A program made the translations under genes and the position numbers. The notes below the pieces were generated by a model that saw only the letters and a list, made by a program, of their open reading frames with translations, did no database searches and was not told the DNA's origin. Source: Burkholderiales bacterium UBA2459 (lineage in GTDB: Bacteria > Pseudomonadota > Gammaproteobacteria > Burkholderiales > Burkholderiaceae_E). Taken from it: DNA of 64,000 bases. The stretch is from NCBI GenBank assembly GCA_002342365.1, contig DDPV01000049.1:4608-68607 (forward strand). Reading direction: 5' to 3'. Shown here piece after piece: positions 10,401 to 20,113 of this stretch (positions are counted from its first letter, which is position 1; each line of letters opens with the position of its first letter).

Positions 10401-10948
10401 GATTTGTCCGGGTGTCGCTGGCGCAACTCAGCCCTTCGCCGCAAGGGCAGTGGTTTGCTGGCGTGATCACCGCATGCCGCACCCAGATGACCCGCCGCGG
10501 CAAGATGTTGCTCATCACCCTTGATGACGCCACGGCCAACGTGGAAGCAGCCCTTTTTGCCGAGTCAACCGAAAAGCATCGCCCGATGCTCAAGGTCGAT
10601 GATTTGCTGATCGCCTACGGCAAGGTCAGCCGTGATGACTACACCGGCGGGCAGCGTGTTCTTGTGGAACGCCTGCTTGATTTGCCCGCCGCTCGCGCTG
10701 AGTTTGCCCGCTCGCTGCGCCTTGAGCTCAATGGCGAGGCCGATGCGCAGCGATTGAAAAAAGCTTTAACGCTTTTTCACGCGACTGAAGGCGAGCAGGG
10801 TTGCCCGGTGATTGTTCGATATCATAACGATAACGCAAGCTGCGAATTGAAGCTGCCTCCGGATTGCCGGGTACGACCCGACGATGCCTTGCTGGCGCTG
10901 ATTCAGACTGAGTTCAAGGGCAGTCAGGCTGAAGTGGTCTATAACTGA
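7460..10948 (+). CDS. dnaE: DNA polymerase III subunit alpha
   Basis: 1162 aa. PHP domain start FVHLRVHTEYS, GPGRGSGAGSLVAF, MPDFDIDF, HTAAYAV and a C-terminal OB-fold region. Confidence 0.97.
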   Translation: MDAPGFVHLRVHTEYSISDSIVRIDALVDAALADNQPAVAVTDLANLFAWVKFYQAARAKGIQAICGADLWITNDLDRDRPFRLLVLVENQQGYASLCRLLSRAWLDNEHRGRGEIRKSWFAERDNSGRTHSEGLIALSGGIEGEIGQALVAGRTQQARELAKDWAALFSPDCFFLEIWRRGPEAEERYVRDCARLAQALDLPLVATHPVQFIAPDAYRAHEARVCIAEGEMLANPRRPRRFTESQYFLTQKQMAERFADLPVALANAVQIAQRCCLAMTLGRAYLPDFPTPTGVTIDDFLRRQAAEGLEMRLMQCFPDEAQRAANRDAYSDRLRYECDTIVQMGFSGYFLIVADFINWAKRHQVPVGPGRGSGAGSLVAFALGITDLDPIPYALLFERFLNPERVSMPDFDIDFCQDKRSLVIDYVRKRYGSDAVSQIATFGTMASKAVIRDVGRVLDIGYNFCDQLSKLIPVVQNKPLSLAKAKEAEPVLKQREADEDEVREILALAEPLEDIIRNVGMHAGGVLIAPGQLTDFCPLYRQPGDESAVISQFDKDDVEAVGLVKFDFLGLRNLSIIEMTVESIRKRAPGFVLDEATKGFSDPAAYQVLKQANTTAIFQLESDGMKKLLKKLEPDRFEDIIAVLALYRPGPLGSGMVDDFVLRKKGVQRIDYFHPDLQACLEPTYGVIVYQEQVMQIAQIIGGYTLGSADLLRRAMGKKKAEEMAQQRDVFVKGATAKGYALELATKLFDLMAMFAEYGFNKSHTAAYAVITYQTAWLKAHYPAEFMAATLSSDMDDTDKVQLFVADARFNGVEVLPPDLHASAWRFEPVYHASKAVIRYGLGAVKGAGEAAIKHLIAAREKGAFKHLFDLCKRVDRRIVNRRTIEAMIRAGALDAIEADRARALASVGLAMDEAEKSWASLGQESLFGEAFSAEGEQDLQSHYVKVPVWSERQRLLEEKLALGFFLSGHLFHAFASEVRRFVRVSLAQLSPSPQGQWFAGVITACRTQMTRRGKMLLITLDDATANVEAALFAESTEKHRPMLKVDDLLIAYGKVSRDDYTGGQRVLVERLLDLPAARAEFARSLRLELNGEADAQRLKKALTLFHATEGEQGCPVIVRYHNDNASCELKLPPDCRVRPDDALLALIQTEFKGSQAEVVYN

Positions 10949-10955
10949 AGCGCTG

Positions 10956-12728
10956 ATGAGCGAGTCCCACGCGCCAGGCTTGTCGGGAGAGGCAAGACTT
11001 GCTGTGCCAAGCGTCATACGGCGACTCTTGGCTTATCTTCGCCCTTACGCTGGGGTGATGGCGGCTTCGATGCTTGCGATGGCTCTGGCCGGGTTTGCCG
11101 AACCCTTGCTGCCGGCGATGCTGAAAATCGGTCTTGATCGGGGCTTTGGACCGGGCGCCGATCTTGCGCTCTGGCAAGTACCTGTTGCAGTGATTGGCCT
11201 GATGCTCGCGCGGGGGCTTTGCCTTGTTGCAGCTTCAACCGGTATCGGCTGGGTCGAATCCCATGTGCTTGAAGACTTGCGCCGGGATATGTACGAAACC
11301 TTATTGCATTTGCCTGCTTTGCGCTTTGATCAAAGCAGCAGCGGGCCGCTGATCTCGCAATTGACCCATGATGCCGCTCAGGTCATGAGCGCGGGCGCAC
11401 GAAGTCTGACGATTCTGGTTCGTGACTCGATTACGGTGATCGGGCTACTGGCCTGGCTGTGTTGGTTGAACTGGGCACTGACGCTGATCATGGTTGCCAT
11501 GGGCCCGGCCATTGCCCTGACAATGGTCAGCATCAACCGTCGCCTGAGAAAGCTTAGCGCTGATGCCTTGCAAACCATGGGCGAACTCACGCAACGCGTG
11601 GACGAAAGCATCGGTGCGCAGCGGGTGATCAAGATCGACGGTGGGCAACCGATGGAACGCGAGCGTTTTGCAAGGGTCACGAAACGCCTGCGCCAGGTTT
11701 CGCGGCGTTTTTCAGCGATGGCTGCGCTGGGATCGCCGGCCAACCAGTTGATTGCCGCGGTGGCGATCTCGGTGGTGCTTGTGGTGGCGATGGAGCAGTC
11801 GCGTCAGCAGGCTTCATCGGTTGGCAGCTTCGTTTCGTTTGTGACCGCTTTGTTGATGCTGCTTGCACCATTACGAAACCTCTCTGGTCTCGGTGGCCCG
11901 ATTCAAACCACCATCACAGCCTGCGAATCGGTCTTTGCGCTTATCGATGAGACGCGCGAGCAAGACCATGGAAAGGCGTCGATTTCGCGCCTGCAAGGCG
12001 CTTTGCGTCTTGAGCAGGTCGGATTAAGCTATCCGGGTGCAGCCACCACTGCATTGTGCGATATCAATCTGAGTCTGAAGGCAGGCGAGCATCTGGCGTT
12101 GGTAGGACCTTCAGGCTCGGGCAAAACCAGTCTAGTGAATCTGATTCCCAGGCTTTATCGGCCGCAGCAGGGGCGAATTTTCATTGACGGTATCGACATC
12201 AACGATATTCCACTGGCAGCTCTCAGGCGTCAGATCGCAATCGTGAGCCAGGATCTGCGCCTTTTTGACGACAGCATCGCGGCAAACGTGGCGTACGGTG
12301 CCCAGCGTGGCGCAAGTCAGCAGGCGATTCGTGAGGCGCTTGCCCATGCGCACTTGCTTGAATGGGTCGACGCGCAGCCCCAAGGCCTTGAGAGCTTTAT
12401 CGGCGAAAACGGCGCCCGCCTGTCAGGCGGACAAAGGCAGCGATTGGCGATCGCCCGCGCCTTACTGAAGGACGCGCCGATTCTGATTCTGGATGAAGCC
12501 ACATCGGCGCTTGACAGCGAATCAGAGCGCGCGGTTCAAGCCGCTTTGGAAACCCTCATGAAGGGGCGCACAACGCTGACCATCGCGCACCGCTTATCAA
12601 CGGTGATGCATGCAGACCGGATTGTGGTCATGCATGCCGGTCGGATTGTTGAAAGCGGTACACATACCAACTTGCTCGCACACAATGGCCTTTATGCAAG
12701 GCTTTGTCAGGGCGGTGAATTGCTCTAA
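10956..12728 (+). CDS. msbA: Lipid A export ABC transporter, permease/ATP-binding protein
   Basis: Six-TM exporter domain plus NBD: Walker A GPSGSGKTS, signature LSGGQRQR, Walker B ILILDEATSALD. Confidence 0.88.
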   Translation: MSESHAPGLSGEARLAVPSVIRRLLAYLRPYAGVMAASMLAMALAGFAEPLLPAMLKIGLDRGFGPGADLALWQVPVAVIGLMLARGLCLVAASTGIGWVESHVLEDLRRDMYETLLHLPALRFDQSSSGPLISQLTHDAAQVMSAGARSLTILVRDSITVIGLLAWLCWLNWALTLIMVAMGPAIALTMVSINRRLRKLSADALQTMGELTQRVDESIGAQRVIKIDGGQPMERERFARVTKRLRQVSRRFSAMAALGSPANQLIAAVAISVVLVVAMEQSRQQASSVGSFVSFVTALLMLLAPLRNLSGLGGPIQTTITACESVFALIDETREQDHGKASISRLQGALRLEQVGLSYPGAATTALCDINLSLKAGEHLALVGPSGSGKTSLVNLIPRLYRPQQGRIFIDGIDINDIPLAALRRQIAIVSQDLRLFDDSIAANVAYGAQRGASQQAIREALAHAHLLEWVDAQPQGLESFIGENGARLSGGQRQRLAIARALLKDAPILILDEATSALDSESERAVQAALETLMKGRTTLTIAHRLSTVMHADRIVVMHAGRIVESGTHTNLLAHNGLYARLCQGGELL

Positions 12729-12768
12729 CGATGATGCAAAACGATCACGCTCAACGAGGGCTCAAGCA

Positions 12769-14049
12769 ATGAATCTGGCACGGCGCATTTGGGGGCCTTG
12801 TTTGCTCATCACGGTTTGCATGGGCAGCTTTGGGATCGCGGGTTTATCGCTCGGTTTTGCTGTGACCCTTCTCGTCAGCCTGGCAGCGATTGAGCCTGCG
12901 CTTTTGAAGCAGCGCTTTTCGCGCTTACCGCTCGTGCTGTCGGCACTACTTTTCCTGCTCTGGGGCCTGGTCTCGCTGTTTTGGACTGAGGCTGATCGCT
13001 TGCTGCCGGTGATCTCCGATTGGTCACGCTGGCTGATCTTGATCCCAGCGGTGGGATTCATGATGACCGATGAGGTGCGTCAGGGGATTTGGCGGGCCTT
13101 CGTCGCGGTTCAACTGATCGTGGCCCTCTGGTCGCTTTATGTCGGTATGGATTGTGCGATCGATCCCAGCCCCTTTCCGCATGCTTATGAGTGCATGAAC
13201 CGGCGCATACCGCACGGCAACATCGAAGCGAGTTGGATTCTGAGCCTTGGCGCATTGCTTGCCCTGATTTGGCTGGAAGGCCGCTGGCGCTGGGTGATCG
13301 CCGTACTTCTCACATTGCCCTTATTCATCATCGGCAATCGCACCGGTTTTTTTACCCTGGGCATTGGCCTATTGGTGGCGCTCACCTATGAGGCATCGTT
13401 AAGGCCCTGGCGTGCGCGCGTGCTGCTTGCATCGGCTGCGATCGCCGCAGCCGGTATCGCACTCAACCCGGCGCTGCAGTTACGGATCAGTGAAGCACTG
13501 CAGCTTGAACGCTACCAGGCCTCTCAGCTTCACCAGGCCGAACAAAACAGTGAGGGCTTGAGAGCGGCTTACTGGCGTGCAGGGTTTATCGCTCTTCGCG
13601 ATAAACCTTTGATCGGTCACGGCATGGGGAGCTGGCCCGAGGTTTATCGCGGTTTGCAGCCGCAGGTTGAGGGCCCGGCCATCAGTGCCAATCCACACAG
13701 CAGTTATGTCCAAATCGCCGTCGAACAGGGCTTGATTGGATTGTTCTTATTTTTAGGTCTTCTTGTCGCGCTTTGGCAGGCAAGCTCCTGGCTGGCAGGA
13801 TTTGAGGCTGTGTTTTGCAGGCTGCTGATTGCGACCTTCGCAGCCGGCAGTCTGCTCAATACCTGGACCCATGATGGCGCTTCCTCGCGGATGTTCCTGG
13901 TGCTCATGGTGCTTTGTCTGGCGGGTTTGCGCTCGCCCCATTCGACAAGCGCGGTTCAAACCTCCGCTGAGTCTGCTGACGCCCAACAAGCGCTCAAAGC
14001 CCAGTCCCGGGACCGGCGATCGCGGCGTCGTGACAAGGCCAGACCTTGA
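12769..14049 (+). CDS. O-antigen ligase (Wzy_C/WaaL-like) family membrane protein
   Basis: Polytopic membrane protein with the characteristic loop NPHSSYVQIAVEQGLIGLFLF. Start at ATG 12769 (MNLARRIW). Basic C-terminal tail. Confidence 0.8.
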   Translation: MNLARRIWGPCLLITVCMGSFGIAGLSLGFAVTLLVSLAAIEPALLKQRFSRLPLVLSALLFLLWGLVSLFWTEADRLLPVISDWSRWLILIPAVGFMMTDEVRQGIWRAFVAVQLIVALWSLYVGMDCAIDPSPFPHAYECMNRRIPHGNIEASWILSLGALLALIWLEGRWRWVIAVLLTLPLFIIGNRTGFFTLGIGLLVALTYEASLRPWRARVLLASAAIAAAGIALNPALQLRISEALQLERYQASQLHQAEQNSEGLRAAYWRAGFIALRDKPLIGHGMGSWPEVYRGLQPQVEGPAISANPHSSYVQIAVEQGLIGLFLFLGLLVALWQASSWLAGFEAVFCRLLIATFAAGSLLNTWTHDGASSRMFLVLMVLCLAGLRSPHSTSAVQTSAESADAQQALKAQSRDRRSRRRDKARP

Positions 14050-14834
14050 TTCGGCTTTCGGTGATCATCATCACGCTGAACGAGGCGCACGCCATCGAGC
14101 GCTGCCTTGCTTCGCTTCCCGAGCACGATGAACTGATTGTGCTCGATTCTGGATCGACCGACGGCACGCAATCGATTTGCGAGCGCTACGGAGCGAAAGT
14201 CGTGCAAACCGATTGGCCGGGTTTCGGTCCTCAGAAGAATCGAGCCCTCGATCTCGCAAAGGGCTTATGGGTGCTGTCGGTGGATGCCGATGAACATTTT
14301 GATCCGGTCCTTAGGGCGGCGGTGCATGCCTGTGTGAACACGCCAGATAGCCATAGCGCCAATCAGCTTGATGCTGCGATCGTCGCTTTTCAGTTTCGCA
14401 GGCGTTCGAGTTTTGCCGGTCAGTACATGCGATTTGGCGACTGGGGCCGCGATAAGGTGCTGCGGCTTTTTCGTCGCGGCAGCGCGCGATTTTCATCGCT
14501 GGCTGTGCACGAGTCTTTGCAGGTTCAGGGTCAAACAGCGCTCTTGCCCGGGTTTTTGCTGCATGAATCGATTCGAGACTGGCACGATGCAATGGAGAAG
14601 GCAAGCCTGTATGCCCGCCTTAGCGTGGATCGTATGCGTGCGCGCGGCCCGGTAGGCGCAGTGCATGGCTTATTGCATGGCTTGTGGACCTTCATCCGCG
14701 GCTTCGTGATCAGGCTTGGGTGTTTTGATGGTTATAACGGTTTACGACTGGCCCTGGCAAATGCCTGGGGAACTTACCTGCGCTATCGCCTGGCGGCAGT
14801 GCCGAATTCGATGCAATCCAACCTGGAGAAATGA
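14046..14834 (+). CDS. Family 2 glycosyltransferase (LPS core type)
   Basis: GT-A motifs LSVIIITLNEA, LDSGSTDGT, SVDADE. The TTG start overlaps the upstream stop (TTGA). Confidence 0.85.
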   Translation: MIRLSVIIITLNEAHAIERCLASLPEHDELIVLDSGSTDGTQSICERYGAKVVQTDWPGFGPQKNRALDLAKGLWVLSVDADEHFDPVLRAAVHACVNTPDSHSANQLDAAIVAFQFRRRSSFAGQYMRFGDWGRDKVLRLFRRGSARFSSLAVHESLQVQGQTALLPGFLLHESIRDWHDAMEKASLYARLSVDRMRARGPVGAVHGLLHGLWTFIRGFVIRLGCFDGYNGLRLALANAWGTYLRYRLAAVPNSMQSNLEK

Positions 14835-15421
14835 TGATGTCTGAACGCTACCCCCTTGCTGCGCTTGAATCGGTGCCCGCCGATATCCGAGAGGCAATGC
14901 TGAAAGTGCAGGAAAAATCAGGATTTGTGCCCAACGTTTTTCTTAAACTTGCGCGCCGTCCCGCAGAGTTTCGTGCTTTTTTTGCTTATCACGACGCCTT
15001 GATGCTCAAGGAGGGCAACCTGACAAAGGCCGAGCGCGAAATGATTGTGGTGGCGACCAGCGCAGCGAATCAATGCCTTTACTGCGTGATTGCCCACGGT
15101 GCCTTGTTGCGAATTTTTGAAAAGAAACCTCTGATTGCAGATCAAATCGCGATTAACCATCGCAAAGCTGACATCAGCCCGCGGCAGCGCACCATCCTCG
15201 ATTTTGCAATGCGGGTTGCATTTGAGTCGGACACCATCGACGACCCCGATTTTGAGATGCTTTATGAGCATGGATTGAATGACGAGGATGCCTGGGACAT
15301 CGGGGCGATCGCCGCTTTTTTTGCCCTCAGCAACCGAATGGCGAATCTGTCGGGCATGATGCCCAATCCTGAGTTTTACATGCTCGGTCGTGTGCCGCGC
15401 GAGAAAGCGCAAGCGAAGTAA
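14831..15421 (+). CDS. Peroxidase-related AhpD/carboxymuconolactone decarboxylase family protein
   Basis: AhpD-like fold signature with CLYCVIAHG. ATGA overlap with the GT2 stop. Confidence 0.8.
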   Translation: MMMSERYPLAALESVPADIREAMLKVQEKSGFVPNVFLKLARRPAEFRAFFAYHDALMLKEGNLTKAEREMIVVATSAANQCLYCVIAHGALLRIFEKKPLIADQIAINHRKADISPRQRTILDFAMRVAFESDTIDDPDFEMLYEHGLNDEDAWDIGAIAAFFALSNRMANLSGMMPNPEFYMLGRVPREKAQAK

Positions 15422-15430
15422 AAGGCAGGC

Positions 15431-16915
15431 TTAGTTCAGCACAATGTCGTACTGTTCCTGACTGTAGCTTGCCTCCACGGCAAGCGACAGCGGCTTTCCG
15501 ATGTCTTCAGTCAGACTCGCAAGGCTTGCCGATTCTTCATCGAGAAAGAGATCGATAACCAGAGGGCTTGCGATGATTCGAAAGCCTTGCGGATCGAATT
15601 GACCAGCCTCGCGCCGGATTTCGCGCAGGATTTCATAACAGATGCTTCTTGCGGTTTTTACTTCGCCTTTGCCTTCACACAGCGGGCAGGCTTCACGAAG
15701 AACGTGTGCGAGCGACTCGCGTGTGCGCTTGCGGGTCATTTCAACCAGGCCCAGACCGGTGAAGCCCAGCACGGAGCTTCGGGTGCGGTCGGCAGCCAGC
15801 GCTTTTCGCAACTCCTGTAACACCGCCTCGCGATGATGTTGATGTTGCATATCGATAAAATCGATCACGATAATCCCGCCAAGGTTGCGCAAGCGCAGCT
15901 GTCTTGCGATCGTATGGGCAGCCTCCATGTTGGTCTTGAAGACGGTGTCATCAAAATTTTTGCCGCCCACATAACCGCCTGTGTTGATATCGATGGTGGT
16001 TAAGGCTTCCGTTTGATCAATGATCAAATAGCCGCCCGACTTGAGGTCAACCCGGCGGGCAAGCGCGCGCTCAATTTCTGCCTCAATCCCGTATAAATCA
16101 AAGATCGGACGATCGCCGCGGTACATCCGAATCTTTGCTTCCACAGCGGGCATGTAAGCGCGCGCAAAGCGGATCAGGTGCTCGAGTTCGCTGGCTTGAT
16201 CAACCCGCACGCTTGCGGTGGCCTCAGCCACCATGTCGCGCAAACAGCGCTCGCTCAGGCTCAACTCCTGGTAGAGCAGCGAGCTTGCAGGCAATTGTTG
16301 ACTCAGCCGCAAAATCTCCTGCCAGCGTTGCCGTAGGTAGGCGATATCGATTGCAAGCGCAGCGTCCTCGGCCTGTTCTGCTGATGTGCGAACAATGAAT
16401 CCGCCACGTTCCTCATCCGGAATCAGTGACTGCAAGCGCTGACGTAGGCCCTCGCGCTCGTTTTCCTGATCGATGCGGCTGGAGATCCCGATATGTTTTG
16501 ACTGCGGCAGATAAACCAGGAGTCTTCCGGCAATGCTGATTTGGGTGGAGAGCCTTGCCCCCTTGGTGCCTAGCGGATCCTTGATGACCTGAACCAGCAA
16601 GGGTTGCCCCACAAACAAGGTCTTTTCGATGTGAATCGCACTCAGCCGCTGCTCATCCCGTTGCTCCTGACGTGCACCAAGTTGCCGGGCCTGCCAAAGA
16701 TCGGCGACATGCAAAAAGGCTGCGCGTTCAAGCCCGATGTCAATGAAAGCCGATTGCATCCCGGGCAACACGCGATTGACCTTTCCCAGATAAATGTTGC
16801 CCACCAGGCCCCGGGTGGCTGCGCGTTCGATCAACACCTCCTGGACCATGCCCTGACGGACCAGCGCCACCCGCGTTTCATAGCCGCAAGCCTGGATGAG
16901 GAGTTCTTCAAGCAT
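15431..16915 (-). CDS. rng: Ribonuclease G (RNase E/G family)
   Basis: S1 domain plus catalytic core (LTTIDINTGGYVGG, VIDFIDM, CPLCEGKGEV). Start at the internal ATG (MLEELLIQ). The ORF-track extension was rejected. Confidence 0.92.
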   Translation of the reverse strand: MLEELLIQACGYETRVALVRQGMVQEVLIERAATRGLVGNIYLGKVNRVLPGMQSAFIDIGLERAAFLHVADLWQARQLGARQEQRDEQRLSAIHIEKTLFVGQPLLVQVIKDPLGTKGARLSTQISIAGRLLVYLPQSKHIGISSRIDQENEREGLRQRLQSLIPDEERGGFIVRTSAEQAEDAALAIDIAYLRQRWQEILRLSQQLPASSLLYQELSLSERCLRDMVAEATASVRVDQASELEHLIRFARAYMPAVEAKIRMYRGDRPIFDLYGIEAEIERALARRVDLKSGGYLIIDQTEALTTIDINTGGYVGGKNFDDTVFKTNMEAAHTIARQLRLRNLGGIIVIDFIDMQHQHHREAVLQELRKALAADRTRSSVLGFTGLGLVEMTRKRTRESLAHVLREACPLCEGKGEVKTARSICYEILREIRREAGQFDPQGFRIIASPLVIDLFLDEESASLASLTEDIGKPLSLAVEASYSQEQYDIVLN

Positions 16916-17510
16916 GTTTTTGGCGCAGTCCCAGAACACGGGCTGTGAGGTAAAGCGGCAAACCCATGATGCCACTTTGTGTGCCTTCGATACGTCGCAC
17001 AAAGCTGCCTGCAGCGCCCTGTATGCCGTAGGCGCCGGCTTTATCCATGGGCTCGCCGCTGGCCACATAGGCTTCGATCTCAGCCGCTTGCAGTCGTGCA
17101 AACCATACGGTTGAGACTTCGCTGCGCAGGATAATGCGACCGTTGGTTCTCACACAGGCCACCGCGGTGATCACGCGATGGCGCCGTCCCGATAATTGCT
17201 TGAGCATGCGGCAGGCATCCTCGGCATCGATCGGTTTGCCAAAAATCTTCCCGCCCAAGGCAACGCTTGTGTCGGCAACCAGAATAGGCCGCGGCGGCAA
17301 GCCTCGCGCCTGCATGCGCGCCAGCGCCGCTGCAGCTTTGGCCAAGACCACGCGTTTGACGTAATCGCCTGGCGACTCGTGATCGATAAGCGCCTCAAGC
17401 GCTTCGGCGTCTTCATCGGCTTGCGGTAGCAGCAGTTCAACAACAACGGGCAAAAACTGTAGCAGTTCAAGTCGCCTCGGGCTTTTCGATGCAAGGTAGA
17501 TCGGCAGCAC
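16908..17510 (-). CDS. maf: Maf-like nucleoside triphosphate pyrophosphatase
   Basis: IYLASKSPRRLELL and GAYGIQG motifs. In the conserved position upstream of rng. Confidence 0.9.
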   Translation of the reverse strand: MLPIYLASKSPRRLELLQFLPVVVELLLPQADEDAEALEALIDHESPGDYVKRVVLAKAAAALARMQARGLPPRPILVADTSVALGGKIFGKPIDAEDACRMLKQLSGRRHRVITAVACVRTNGRIILRSEVSTVWFARLQAAEIEAYVASGEPMDKAGAYGIQGAAGSFVRRIEGTQSGIMGLPLYLTARVLGLRQKHA

Positions 17511-17519
17511 AGTCGCCCT

Positions 17520-17993
17520 TTAAGCGCGATGGTAGGGATGCTGCTGCAAAATGGACCAAGCCCGAAACAATTGCTCGGCGATGAGTACCTTGACCAGGCC
17601 GTGGGGCAAGGTCATGGCCGAGAGTTGCAAGATGAGCTTGGCCTGATCGCGAATGCTGGCGTGCAAGCCATCGGCGCTGCCGATCACAAAGGCGGGTTCG
17701 TCGCCTTGCTCGTGCCAGCGCTGACACTGGGCCGCAAACTCGCTTGAAGTCAGCTTGCTGCCGCGTTCATCGAGTGCCACCAGCAAGGCGGGGCTCGCCT
17801 GCAGCGAGGCTTGAATGCGTTGCGCCTCACGCTCTTTGCACTGCTCGGCTGAGGCATGGTTCGCACGGGGTTCAGCGCGAAGTTCCCGCCATTGAATCTG
17901 CCAGTCTTTGGGCAGGCGCGAGGCGTAGTGTGTGCAGGCTTGCTCAATCCATGAGGGAGGCTTATGGCCAACAGAAAGCACAAGACTTCGCAT
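17520..17993 (-). CDS. rlmH: 23S rRNA (pseudouridine1915-N3)-methyltransferase
   Basis: 157-aa SPOUT family protein (FVIGSADGL, LPHGLVKVLIAEQLFRAWSI). Sits next to rsfS. Confidence 0.92.
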   Translation of the reverse strand: MRSLVLSVGHKPPSWIEQACTHYASRLPKDWQIQWRELRAEPRANHASAEQCKEREAQRIQASLQASPALLVALDERGSKLTSSEFAAQCQRWHEQGDEPAFVIGSADGLHASIRDQAKLILQLSAMTLPHGLVKVLIAEQLFRAWSILQQHPYHRA

Positions 17994-18002
17994 GCATGCG
18001 CT

Positions 18003-18383
18003 TTACAGCGGGGTCTTTGCGGCGCTGCGCACGCTGGCTGCGCCAAGCTTCATGCGCACCGGCCTCTCGCCCCAGAGTTCTTCGAGCCGGTAGTAGCTGC
18101 GTATGGCCGGTTGCATGATGTGAACCACCGCATCACCCGCATCAACCAGCACCCACTCGCCCGTGGCCTCACCCTCGATCGCCAGAATCTCACCGCCGGC
18201 TGCTTTGACCTGTTGGGCAACCCGCCAGGCGAGCGCTTTGGTTTGGCGGTTTGATGTACCGCTTGCAATGATCACCCGGTCAAATAGGTCACTCTGAGCG
18301 CCGGTGTTATACACCTTGATATCTTGTGCCTTGACATCTTCAAGCGCATCCACGATGATCCGCTGAAGTTTTCTTATATCCAT
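18003..18383 (-). CDS. rsfS: Ribosome silencing factor
   Basis: 126-aa iojap/RsfS pattern (FDRVIIASGTSNRQ, WVLVDAGDAVVHIM). Confidence 0.92.
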   Translation of the reverse strand: MDIRKLQRIIVDALEDVKAQDIKVYNTGAQSDLFDRVIIASGTSNRQTKALAWRVAQQVKAAGGEILAIEGEATGEWVLVDAGDAVVHIMQPAIRSYYRLEELWGERPVRMKLGAASVRSAAKTPL

Positions 18384-18392
18384 ATCGTTCCT

Positions 18393-19172
18393 TCAATTAG
18401 ATCTTTTAGGATCCTGGTTGCTTGCTTCGGGTATCGGTCCGTAGAGCCGATGTTCTTCAATATAGTCCAATAAAGCTTTGCCAAGGAAACGCTCAAGCGT
18501 TGCCCATTCAGTACCCGTTGTGGCACGGCCTTGCGTTTGCGCCAGCCATAGCGCAAGCTCCTGACGAAGCAGCGTTGAAGAAATCGGTACCGGCGACATC
18601 GAAAAAAACACAATATGGCCCTGCTTGCTCGACGGCAAACTATCACGCCCATAACGCCTCACGAGCTCATCAACCGGCTCTGGCAAATCCCGCAGTCCGA
18701 AGCCCGGCCGGGTTGTGACCGCAAGATGCACATAATCGAGCAAGGCGTCGTACGACTTCCAACTTGCCAGGTTGCGAAGCTGGTCGGCACCAAGAATCAG
18801 CACGCGTCGCTCATGCGGGTATTGCAGGGCAAGTTCGCGCACCGTATCGATGCTGAAGGTTGCCTGCTTGGTCTTTTCAAAGCGCTCGATTTCGCGGGTA
18901 TCGATGGTAAAAACTGAGCGATCGACGCGAGGAATCAGGTGTTCAAGCATCGCGACGCGTTGCGCAGCCGAGGGTTGACGCAGTGGACTGCTTGCTCGCG
19001 TGGCCTGCTTTTGCCAGGACTGTCCGGTGGGCAGAAAGCTGAGCCGGTCGAGTCCGAGTGCAAGCTTTGCGGCATGTGCCAGGGCGAGGTGGCCCAGGTG
19101 CGGTGGATCGAAGCTGCCGCCAAGCCAGGCCCAGCTTGCGACCTGAGGGTCAGCGAGGCGGGTCAGACCCAA
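18393..19172 (-). CDS. nadD: Nicotinate-nucleotide adenylyltransferase
   Basis: [12 protein letters not shown] (HxGH motif) and the ISST-type motif ([10 protein letters not shown]). Confidence 0.9.
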   Translation of the reverse strand: MGLTRLADPQVASWAWLGGSFDPPHLGHLALAHAAKLALGLDRLSFLPTGQSWQKQATRASSPLRQPSAAQRVAMLEHLIPRVDRSVFTIDTREIERFEKTKQATFSIDTVRELALQYPHERRVLILGADQLRNLASWKSYDALLDYVHLAVTTRPGFGLRDLPEPVDELVRRYGRDSLPSSKQGHIVFFSMSPVPISSTLLRQELALWLAQTQGRATTGTEWATLERFLGKALLDYIEEHRLYGPIPEASNQDPKRSN

Positions 19173-20071
19173 TTCCTTGGCTGAATCATCTGATACAGCG
19201 CCGCTTCAGGGCTGCCCGGCTGCGGCTGCCAGTCATAACGCCATTTCACGAGCGGTGGCATTGACATCAGGATCGATTCGGTGCGTCCCTGAGACTGCAA
19301 ACCGAACAAGGTGCCACGATCAAACACCAGGTTGAATTCCACATACCGGCCGCGGCGATAAGCCTGAAAATCCCGTTCGCGCTCCCCATAGTCGTGGTGT
19401 CGCCTTCTCTCAACGATAGGCTCATAGGCCTTCAAAAAGGCATCGCCCACCGAGCGGGTGAGCGCAAAGGCCTGATCGAGATCCGGCTCGCTCAAATCGT
19501 CATAAAAAATGCCGCCGATGCCTCGCGCTTCTTGTCGATGTTTCAAGTAAAAATAGCGATCACACCAGCTTTTGAAGCGCGGATGCCAGTGCGAACCAAA
19601 AGGATCGAGCGCGTTTTTACACTGCTGGTGAAAATGTCGAGCGTCTTCTTCAAAACCGTAATAAGGCGTCAAATCCATACCCCCACCGCACCATCCTACT
19701 GGATTGTGATTGTTTTTATCGTCATCGAAGGTTAAAAACATGCGAACGTTCATGTGTACCGTCGGGACGTAGGGGTTGAGCGGATGGAGCACAAGCGATA
19801 CCCCCATCGCCTCCCAGCGCCGCCCAGCCAGTTCGGGCCGATGCGCACTTGCCGAAGGCGGAAGCCGATCGCCCATCACATGCGAAAAATTACAGCCAGC
19901 CCGCTCAAACAACTGACCTTGCTCAAGAACCCGGGAGATTCCTCCTCCACCTTCAGGGCGCAGCCACTGATCGTGGGCGAAGACCTTGCCGTCGAGTGCT
20001 TCGAGCGCCTCAACGATGCTGGCTTGCAAAGCGACAAAATAGCGCTTGGCCTGGTCCATCATGCTTGTCAT
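19163..20071 (-). CDS. hemF: Oxygen-dependent coproporphyrinogen III oxidase
   Basis: [33 protein letters not shown]; 302 aa. Confidence 0.95.
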   Translation of the reverse strand: MTSMMDQAKRYFVALQASIVEALEALDGKVFAHDQWLRPEGGGGISRVLEQGQLFERAGCNFSHVMGDRLPPSASAHRPELAGRRWEAMGVSLVLHPLNPYVPTVHMNVRMFLTFDDDKNNHNPVGWCGGGMDLTPYYGFEEDARHFHQQCKNALDPFGSHWHPRFKSWCDRYFYLKHRQEARGIGGIFYDDLSEPDLDQAFALTRSVGDAFLKAYEPIVERRRHHDYGERERDFQAYRRGRYVEFNLVFDRGTLFGLQSQGRTESILMSMPPLVKWRYDWQPQPGSPEAALYQMIQPRNWV

Positions 20072-20113
20072 GACCGATGCATCCTCGGGGTGGGTCTGAG
20101 GCAGGTCAACGCT

